Source: Macrostomum lignano (taxonomy: Eukaryota). From it: DNA of 53,334 bases. The notes beneath the pieces are model-generated. The model did no database searches. It saw only the letters and a list, made by a program, of their open reading frames with translations, and was not told where the DNA came from. Below, in pieces: positions 44,266 through 53,334 of this stretch; within the stretch, counting starts at the first letter, position 1; every line of letters begins with the position of its first letter. The position numbers were made by a program, and so were the translations under genes. The stretch spans positions 1-53,334 of the forward strand of contig NIVC01004248.1 of NCBI GenBank assembly GCA_002269645.1. Direction: 5' to 3'.

Positions 44266-47200
44266 CATCTATCCATCTATCTATCCATCTATCTATCTAT
44301 CCATCTATCTTCTGTCTGTCTGTCTGGCTGACCGTAACTGACCACCCTAACATTTCCAGCCCCCATGAGCTGAGATTGCAGTCTTACGCATGAAAACCCA
44401 ATAATTGACAGCCGGAAAATGCCAGCAGGTAAACAGTCAGAGCAACTATGCACGCGTTTAAATAGTAGCAATGCTTCGTCATCTTCCGAGTCAAAGCCTT
44501 GGCTATGGGCATACAGTATGTAGTTTATAAAAATTGCCAAATAGAGTCAGTCTCTAAATATAGTTAATTATTCTCATAATTTCTACTCAATACTTCCAAA
44601 CCAAAATAGAGTCAGTCTCTAAATATAGTTAATTATTCTCATAATTTCTACTCAATACTTCCGCACGTCCATTTTCAAGGACGTCAGGTAAATTCAAAGC
44701 TTGCACAGCTAAAAGTCTGGTAAAATAACAATTATATTTTCAATTATTTTAAAAAAGCGTTATTTCCCATTTTAAATACTCTTAGTAGGCAATAAGCTTA
44801 TTTTATAATTTTTTTCAATACTAATTTAATTTACTAATTTATAATTACATACAAAGTGTTTTTTGTTTTACTCTGTAAACCAATTTTCTTTAATAGATTG
44901 TCACACCTTAAACCATCACTCTTCAATATCTCTGTCACTCCTTAAACCATCACTCTTCAATATCTCTGTCACTTTTTAAACAATCACTTTTCAATATCTC
45001 TGTCACTCCCTAAACCATCACTCTTCAATATCTCTGTCACTTCTTAAACCCTTAAACCATCACTCTTCAATATCTCTGTCACTTCTTAAACCCTTAAACC
45101 ATCACTCTTCAATATCTCTGTCACTCCTTAAACCATCACTCTTCAATATCTCTGTCACTCCTTAAACCATCATTCTTCAATATCTCTGTCACTCCTTAAA
45201 CCATCACTCTTCAATATCTTTGTCACTCCTTAAACAATCACTCTTCAATATCTCTGTCACTCCTTAAACCATCACTCTTCAATATCTCTGTCACTCCTTA
45301 AACCATCACTCTTCAATATCTTTGTCACTCCTTAAACAATCACTCTTCAATATCTCTGTCACTCCTTAAACCATCACTCTTCAATATCTCTGTCACTCCT
45401 TAAACCATCAGTCTTCAATATCTCTGTCACTCCTTAAACCATCACTCTTCAATATCTTTGTCACTCCTTAAACAATCACTCTTCAATATCTCTGTCACTC
45501 CTTAAACCATCACTCTTCAATATCTGTCACTCCTTAAACCATCACTCTTCAATATCTCTGTCACTCCTGAAACCATCACTCTTCAATATCTTTGTCACTC
45601 CTTAAACAATCACTCTTCAATATCTCTGTCACTCCTTAAACCATCACTCTTCAATATCTCTGTCACTCCTTAAACCATCACTCTTCAATATCTCTGTCAC
45701 TCCTTAAACCATCATTCTTCAATATCTCTGTCACTCCTTAAACCATCACTCTTCAATATCTTTGTCACTCCTTAAACCATCACTCTTCAATATCTCTGTC
45801 ACTTTTTAAACAATCACTTTTCAATATCTCTGTCACTCCTTAAACCATCACTCTTCAATATCTTTGTCACTCCTTAAACAATCACTCTTCAATATCTCTG
45901 TCACTCCTTAAACCATCACTCTTCAATATCTCTGTCACTCCTTAAACCATCATTCTTCAATATCTCTGTCACTCCTTAAACCATCACTCTTCAATATCTT
46001 TGTCACTCCTTAAACAATCACTCTTCAATATCTCTGTCACTCCTTAAACCATCACTCTTCAATATCTCTGTCACTCCTTAAACCATCACTCTTCAATATC
46101 TTTGTCACTCCTTAAACAATCACTCTTCAATATCTCTGTCACTCCTTAAACCATCACTCTTCAATATCTCTGTCACTCCTTAAACCATCACTCTTCAATA
46201 TCTTTGTCACTCCTTAAACAATCACTCTTCAATATCTCTGTCACTCCTTAAACCATCACTCTTCAATATCTGTCACTCCTTAAACCATCACTCTTCAATA
46301 TCTCTGTCACTCCTTAAACCATCACTCTTCAATATCTTTGTCACTCCTTAAACAATCACTCTTCAATATCTCTGTCACTCCTTAAACCATCACTCTTCAA
46401 TATCTCTGTCACTCCTTAAACCATCACTCTTCAATATCTTTGTCACTCCTTAAACAATCACTCTTCAATATCTCTGTCACTCCTTAAACCATCACTCTTC
46501 AATATCTCTGTCACTCCTTAAACCATCACTCTTCAATATCTTTGTCACTCCTTAAACAATCACTCTTCAATATCTCTGTCACTCCTTAAACCATCACTCT
46601 TCAATATCTGTCACTCCTTAAACCATCACTCTTCAATATCTTTGTCACTCCTTAAACCATCACTCTTCAATATCTTTGTCACTCCTTAAACAATCACTCT
46701 TCAATATCTCTGTCACTTTTTAAACAATCACTATTCAATATCTCTGTCACTCCTTAAACCCTTAAACCATCACTCTTCAATATCTCTGTCACTTTTTAAA
46801 CAATCACTCTTCAATATCTCTGTCACTTCTTAAACCCTTAAACCATCACTCTTCAATATCTCTGTCACTCCTTAAACCATCACTCTTCAATATCTCTGTC
46901 ACTCCTTAAACCATCATTCTTCAATATCTCTGTCACTCCTTAAACCATCACTCTTCAATATCTTTGTCACTCCTTAAACAATCACTCTTCAATATCTCTG
47001 TCACTCCTTAAACCATCACTCTTCAATATCTGTCACTCCTTAAACCATCACTCTTCAATATCTTTGTCACTCCTTAAACCATCACTCTTCAATATCTTTG
47101 TCACTCCTTAAACAATCACTCTTCAATATCTCTGTCACTTTTTAAACCATCACTCTTCAATATCTCTGTCACACCTTAAACCATCACAGTTCAATATTCG

Positions 47201-48539
47201 TCACTCATGAGACAGGTGTAAACCCCAATAACCCATTAAACTTCCAGCCACTACAAAATCATCAAACGCACCTCCAGTTTAACGCTGGCATCTCGGCGGA
47301 TCAATTGTACATCCAACAGCAGCACGGGTGTAACGCAGCTGACGGCACCTTCAACTCCGTGACTCGTACCGCTAATGACTCGAATCTCGGCGCCGCCGTC
47401 CTCAGTTCGAACTCGGGGCAAATCGTCAGGCGCTACTTCTGTGTAGACAGGATTGCAGAGCTTGTCAGCTGGCGGCAGGTTTACCCAGATCTGGTAGCCT
47501 TCAAGAGTTCCCCCAGATTCCACTAGAGCTGGACCGGGCATCTCAAAGTGCACCAGACCGCGGCCGAATCGAATGTGCTGCACGGTGCCCGCCGGCAGGA
47601 CGCTGTCATGTCCCGCACTGTCGGCGTGATGCACGCTGCCCTGCAGCAGGACGCTGATCAGCTCCATGCCTCTGTTAGAAATCAGCGAGATTTATATTCT
47701 GACATATCCATTGTGAAAGCTGAGATAGGCCTACAGTACATATGACTTATTTCATAGAAAGTCAACGCCACATCTTTGAAAATTGAATATTTCTTGGAAA
47801 CCGGAAACCATTTCTTAAAATTTTCTAGGAAATTGGACTGTTTTGAAAGCTATTTCTAAGAAATTAGATGCTTTTGAAAGCTATTTCTAAGAAATTGGAT
47901 TGTTTTGAAAGCTATTTCTAAGAAATTGGATTGTTTTGAAAGCTATTTCTAAGAAATTCGATTGCTTTGAAAACTGTTTCTAAGAAATTGAATGCTTTTG
48001 AAAGCTATTTTCAAGAAATTGGATTCTTCTGAAAGCTGCTTAAATGAATTTTGATTCTACTGAGAGCAATTTTTAAGAAAATTGATTCTGAGAGCGATTT
48101 CTAAGAAATTTGATTCTCCTGAAAGCTAACTTCAAGAATTTGGATTCTGGAAACTATGTCTAGAAAGTTGAAACGGCTGTACACCACGAACTGGAAAGCT
48201 AGTCACTCCTGTCATAATAATTTTTTCATTTTCAAAATTCCATTAGAAGTTTTTGACTATTTCTTTTAAATCCTTTAAATCATTAATAACAATACTAAGT
48301 ATTGTCTGAGCTATTAATGAAATCATTTTAATTAAACAAGACAAGCATTACCTGTGCGGATGATCTGCAGCTCCCACAGCTTCCCCAGGCCGAAAAGTGA
48401 CTGGGCCAATATGATCAAACAGTAGAAACGGGTCCGAAGCTTCAGTATCGTCAATAACTTTATACACTGGCAGGCCAGATTCCATTTGATATTGTGCGCA
48501 TTGTTGCGAGTCTGACTGTGTGCGATCTTTTACTCGCAT
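43392..48539 (-). CDS. PIR: Pirin (bicupin, iron-binding), about 317 aa, 3 exons
   Basis: Exons 48539-48352, 47671-47272 and 43757-43392; GT-AG, phases 2 and 0; 954 nt. Motifs DPFLLFDH, DHPHRG, HADSAGH, GRGLVHFE (His/His/His/Glu ligands intact), QIWVNLP and EPVVKYGPF. Confidence 0.92.
43875..44310. repeat. Two (TCTA)n/(TCCA)n microsatellites (about 43875-43967 and 44228-44310) in pirin intron 2
   Basis: Read directly. Confidence 0.95.
44895..47190. repeat. 34-bp satellite, about 2.3 kb (TCACTCCTTAAACCATCACTCTTCAATATCTCTG), pirin intron 2
   Basis: 34-bp period, roughly 65-70 copies. Confidence 0.97.
47825..48165. repeat. 31-bp repeat (TTTGAAAGCTATTTCTAAGAAATTGGATTGT), pirin intron 1
   Basis: 31-bp period, degenerate ends. 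Confidence 0.85.
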
Positions 48540-48949
48540 TGTAAGTAATATAAACTGTTAAGTTATAAGATTTCTAATTTTTTTAATTATGTAGCAAAAC
48601 CCAACTAGTAGGGCAAAGTGGCACAGACTGATTATCTGACATGAAGAATAAATAAATATGAAAATTATTATTAACAATCTTGTCTTACAAACATGGTCAT
48701 AAAGTACAATAACTCACCATAATACCATCTTTGAACACTAATATATACAAATCATTACAAAAAAGTAAAAAATGTTCATAATATACTACTTAGGAGGCAA
48801 ATAGTAGCATGATCAGTTTATACATCATGACTAAAAATTATAGCAAGATTTTTTGAGATCATTATGGTGGTGGCAGCACTAAACTACTGATAGTAAGCCC
48901 TAATGCAAATCAGCATACATTGCATTCCGTGTAAGAGAACCTAAATGAC

Positions 48950-50650
48950 TTGCGCTGCATTTTATAACCACTCTACTACAATTGAAACTACCCTCCTCTT
49001 GGAATTGAGGACCCCGGCAGATGGAGTAACCCAGCTGGAACAGCAAACCGAAGCTCTCCAAGAGCAGTGCCGAATTCTAGATGCCAGATGCCCTGAGTAA
49101 TGAGCAGCAAGAGTTCCACTTGCTGGGATCACAAATAATGATACCTAGGAGCCATGGGAACTGACTGACCATCAGCTGTGGGATTCTGGGTCTTTTGGCA
49201 CAACTGATTTCTTACGCCCTCAAGTCCTCGCTGCTACTAGCGTAGACGAAGACGCCCAAGTCACAAAACCTGGCACCTGCTATGTGCAGCATCATCAGTT
49301 CCATCAACTTCAGCAACTGCACCACAAGACGGCAGCAATCTGCCGCCAAGGACACCGCCAGCAGTAGGTCAATGTAGACAACAGTAGCAGCAGCAGCAGA
49401 GTTCACGTCTGGCACTTACCACCCTGGACTCATGCCAGATGACAGCGATGGAGAAGCTGGAGCGAGTAAGCCCCACCGTAGCCGACCTGGCAGCCAGCCT
49501 GAACGTTGTCTGGACAGATGGGTCCATCGGCAAAGGCTTGCGGAACGGCGGTGGAGCTCAAGAGGCTTAAGACACCCGCCACCAAGTGCCTGTCGGAGCC
49601 TGGTGCAGCAGCTTCAGGGCGGAGCTGGTCACCATCCATGAGGCTCTCCTTTTTCTTCCTGACAATGCCCCACCACACATTAGCCTGACTTAGCACTTGG
49701 CACTGACTATAGACTAGGACAAGATACTGCCAGCCACTTTGATAGCCCTAAGATCAGCAGTTAACTGGACCACAGGATTCTTGTCGCACTATGTTGTATA
49801 TGAAATGCCCTATCAATATTTAATCAATAACACCCTAGACTGACTGAATATTTAGCTGCTTACCTCCTAGAGTACATCGCGAAGCATCAGCAAAGACTGG
49901 CAAAGACGGAAAGGATTATATAACAATGGCTACAAACATAGATCCAGTGCCAAGAAGAGAAGAGTCTGCTTAGCCATACATGCGCAACAGTCAGCTGAGT
50001 TGGCCGATCTGGCCAACCAATTTGGTGGCCAACCAGGTAAGTCACAAAAATGCCCACCCAAATAAATACCAAAGTAGTACTAAGTAGATGACGAGGCATT
50101 TTGCCTTAATAAGACAGTTATAATTATTCTTGCCATTTACTCAAAGTTGCATTAATTTTACTTTAGGGTGGGTTTCTTTTACATGTAAGTTGCATTTTTG
50201 GCCAAAAACTATATCACATTTTTGTAAAAGTCGCACGGCCGACCAAATTTTGGAGGTTGCGCATGCATGTGCTTAGCTAACCCTAAGCTTAAACTGGGAG
50301 AGCTGCTTAAATTTCATTGGCCCTAAAATAGCATGTACAAGGTCACCAAGAAAGTAGGAGAAGTGGCATACTAGATCAAGCCAAGCCAGCAACTGCCTAG
50401 CAAGGACACCCTGCCAAGATGTTAGTGCACAATAGCATTATCAAGGTGCCGCAGATGATGGCTGATAGACTGCAAGAGCCATTGCGCCTAACTGAAAGAC
50501 CAATGTTACCCTACAAGTCTAGCGAGGATAGCGACTTGGAACCAGCAGAGCAGCCTATTCCAGAACAACAACGTGCAGCTCAGTCTGACCTGCGAGGTAG
50601 CCAGCTATTCGAGCCAAGCTTGAGACATCCCAAGATGTCCAGATGAGACC
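48950..50650 (+). pseudogene. Decayed non-LTR retrotransposon 3' part with RNase H domain (I/Loa/R1-like clade)
   Basis: At about 49420-49690: LPPW, then LNVVWTDGSIGKG..GG..VPVGAWCSSFRAELVTIHEAL (RNase H D and E motifs). Weaker QW..(H) / ELADLA remnants at about 49920-50020 and a PRCPDET zinc-knuckle-like remnant at about 50630. Many stops; boundaries approximate. Confidence 0.6.
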
Positions 50651-50664
50651 CAGATCTACCAGAT

Positions 50665-50900
50665 AAAAGGAGAAATGAGAGATGAGAGAGCAAACAAGAG
50701 AGAAAAGAGGATAGAGAAGAGAAAAGAGAAGGAAAAACAAAAGAAGAAGGGGAGAGAGGAGAGAGGAGAGGAGAGAGAAAATAAGAAAAGATAAGAGAGA
50801 TAAGAGAAGAGAGATAAGGGAAGATACAAGAGAAGAGGGGAGAAAAGAGAGAGAAAAGAGAAGGAAAGAAAGATGAAAGACAAGAGAGAAGAGAGGAAAC
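50665..50900. repeat. GA-rich low-complexity tract
   Basis: Read directly. Confidence 0.9.
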
Positions 50901-51949
50901 AAAATGAGAATATTGAAACTTCAAAGGAGATGTAGGGAGAGTCAGAGACAGAGGCAAGAGTTTGCCAATATATGTTTTAAAGTCAGACAGACATTGCCTA
51001 ATATTCTGCTGCACCCCAGCCAACAAGATCAATGCTTGCCTCAAATTTTAATTTTACACAAATATGCTCTATTTTATGTTTACCTCTATCCTACTAACTA
51101 TTAACAAGTTTTTGTTTGCATGTGACTTTAGATTTTGTAATACATGCATTTAAAATAAATAATTCCAGGGGTTAGAATTCCCAGGGTTCAAAATCTGCGG
51201 GTTTCAACAGCTTGTAAAATAATATAAGTACTACCCCAATCTATAGAAAGAAAGGTATTGATAGACATTTCTATTGTATATTAGCCCTACTTATCTGGTA
51301 GGCCTAGCATAAATAGAAATTTATTGAAGGAGGCAGATTTTGCACAATAAATACCTAGGGAGGAGATAGAGACTAGAGAGGATGGCTTTGTGTCTATATT
51401 TTGGCAAAAATTTGCTTGTTCTTCCCCTTGAATTTTTGGTCTTTGCCTAAGAGAAGAGGCAATTGTTCCCCCTGGTTGTGCCACTATACTTCCCAGTGGA
51501 AAAAAATGGCTCAGGCCACCGGTGGCCATTCGATGGCCAGTTGGCCTTATGGTGGCCATTACAAAAACTTATGTATGCCCCTATTTGACATTATAACACC
51601 ATTATAGGTATCTGCTTTGTCAATTATCACATCGTTTAACATAAAAATGCGAGATAATTCAACCTCGGCAAATGCATGGCACTTCTTCGGCTTGGCCATA
51701 TAGGAGGCAAAGCGCTAGTCATGCCGCGGCCAAACTGTCTGCAAACCAGTCATACTACTCATAGTAGACAACTAGGTATGCGGAGATATTTGTATAAAAT
51801 TTATTTATTTTAGAGAAATGAGAAAATAATAATTTTCTCAATTTGAGATTGTGGCAGCTGAGGCAAACATCCAAGTGGAGTGCTAATCTGGGCGGAGTGC
51901 TGGTAATCTGAGGGTGGGTGGTGCTAATCTGGGGGAGTAATGCTAGGGC

Positions 51950-52232
51950 TGGGGGGATGCTTGCTATCTGGGCTGGGCGGATGCTTGCTATCAGGGAATG
52001 CTTGCTATCAGGGATGCTTGCTATCAGGGGATGCTTGCTATCAGGGAATGCTTGCTATCAGGGATGCTTGCTATCAGGGAATGCTTGCTATCAGGGAATG
52101 CTTGCTATCAGGGAATGCTTGCTATCAGGGAATGCTTGCTATCAGGGAATGCTTGCTATCAGGGAATGCTTGCTATCAGGGGATGCTTGCTACGAGCTGT
52201 ACCAGGAAATGCTTGCTATCAGGGGATGCTTG
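51950..52232. repeat. 17-bp minisatellite (TGCTTGCTATCAGGGAA)
   Basis: 17-bp period. Confidence 0.92.
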
Positions 52233-52449
52233 CTATCTGCGCAGGGTGTCAGAACCGGGGAGGGGCACAAGGGGGCTGAAGCCCCCCACTTTTTTGCATG
52301 ATCCTCCAAATGCCCTTTTTGAATTTCAAGCAAATGTCATCCAGTTTTCGGCTTTGGCTTTAGTGAGTCTTGGAAGCAAAGGGTACCAGCTGATATAATA
52401 GTTCATGTTCAGTTTTTATCTAATGTGCCTAAGCCTAGTGCTTTTAGTG

Positions 52450-53061
52450 CAAGGATCAGCAAACTTTTTACCTCAAGGGCCAGATTGAGAACAGCGCATG
52501 ACTGCCCTTCTGGTCCGCTTTGCTGGGCCCATAAGCAAAATGCGTGCCCAGGAGTCCCTGATGACTGCGGGCTATAGGAGAGAGGATAGGGAATAGAGAC
52601 GAGAAATACGAGCGCAGGAGAAAGGAGAAGTGAAAGAAAAAAGAGAAGAGAGATAAAATAGGAGAGGAGAGGGAGAGGGGCAATGAATGAGGAGAGGAGA
52701 GTTGAAATATATGAGAGAGGAGAGAAGGAGAAGAGAATGAGAGGAAATAGGAGATGAGAGAGAGGAGAGAGGTGAGAGGAGAGGAGAGAGGTGAGAGGAG
52801 AGGAGAGAGTTGAGAGGAGATAAGAGAGGTGAGAGGAGATGAGAGACAGGAAGAGGTGAGGAGAGAAGAGAGAGGACAGAGATTGAGAAGACAGAGGTGA
52901 AGAAAGAGAGGTGAGAGAAGAGAGAGGTGAGGGAAGAGAGCTGAGAAAGACAAAAACATTGAGTGGGCCGGATTGCTATTGTGAGGTTTCAAAGGACGGC
53001 CAGATAGAGAGGCTTTGCGGGCCGGGCCACATTTGGCCCTCAGCCGGAGTTGTCAACCCTG
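52450..53061. mobile_element. hAT-Charlie-like (MER20/MER58-type) MITE containing a GA-rich expansion at about 52585-52950
   Basis: Left end CAAGGATCAGCAAACTTTTT..AAGGGCCAGAT; right end GGCTTTGCGGGCC..GAGTTGTCAACCCTG. TSD TTTTAGTG (52442-52449) / TTTTAGTA (53062-53069). Confidence 0.7.
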
Positions 53062-53334
53062 TTTTAGTAGCTCGTAAAAGCACTAAAAAGCCGTCAGATA
53101 AAAGAATAGAGTCAGCGCAAGAGAACTGAGGAAGGCAGTCAAAAGATCCAGAAAATTACTGTCTGCCCTGGCAATTGCCCTGGCCAATTTTCATTCATTT
53201 GAGATATTTACTAAATAAATTAATAGTGCAGTGCAGTTGCGTAATGTTTGAGATTAATTGAAAATTCGAAACATTTTTCAGACTTTTGGACACTTTCAAT
53301 TCAACACAGAATTGAATATTGGCCTGGTTGTCAC

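Noticed and set aside
44539-44663. 65-bp tandem duplication (also a ~41-bp one near 1510-1590)
   Set aside because: Ordinary two-copy local duplications with no further structure.
42178-47190. CRISPR-like regular arrays
   Set aside because: The units are contiguous with no unique spacers, there are no cas genes, and the context is eukaryotic.

Overview
Eukaryotic, intron-rich animal DNA. The gene set and extreme minisatellite load suggest a free-living flatworm such as Macrostomum; this is inference only. There are no prokaryotic features, and most long entries in the ORF track are translated tandem repeats. Five genes were reconstructed by hand from splice sites. (1) A 9-exon + strand gene (5178-15982, about 1530 aa) in which two NAB-type NCD2 repression domains appear spliced in frame to a complete LRWD1/ORCA (LRR + WD40). 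(2) A 3-exon secreted PAN/apple + LamG-like protein on the - strand. (3) A 14-exon KIF28/KLP-6-like kinesin-3 on the - strand. Its first intron is a U12-type AT-AC intron that splits the VRPF|DDRE motif, and it ends in a CaaX box (CVLQ). (4) An intronless, divergent class A GPCR. (5) A 3-exon pirin. Also present are a decayed mariner interrupted at its YSPDL motif by a hAT-type non-autonomous element, several MITEs with visible target-site duplications, a decayed RNase H-bearing LINE, and more than 30 mini/microsatellite arrays, usually a different one per intron.
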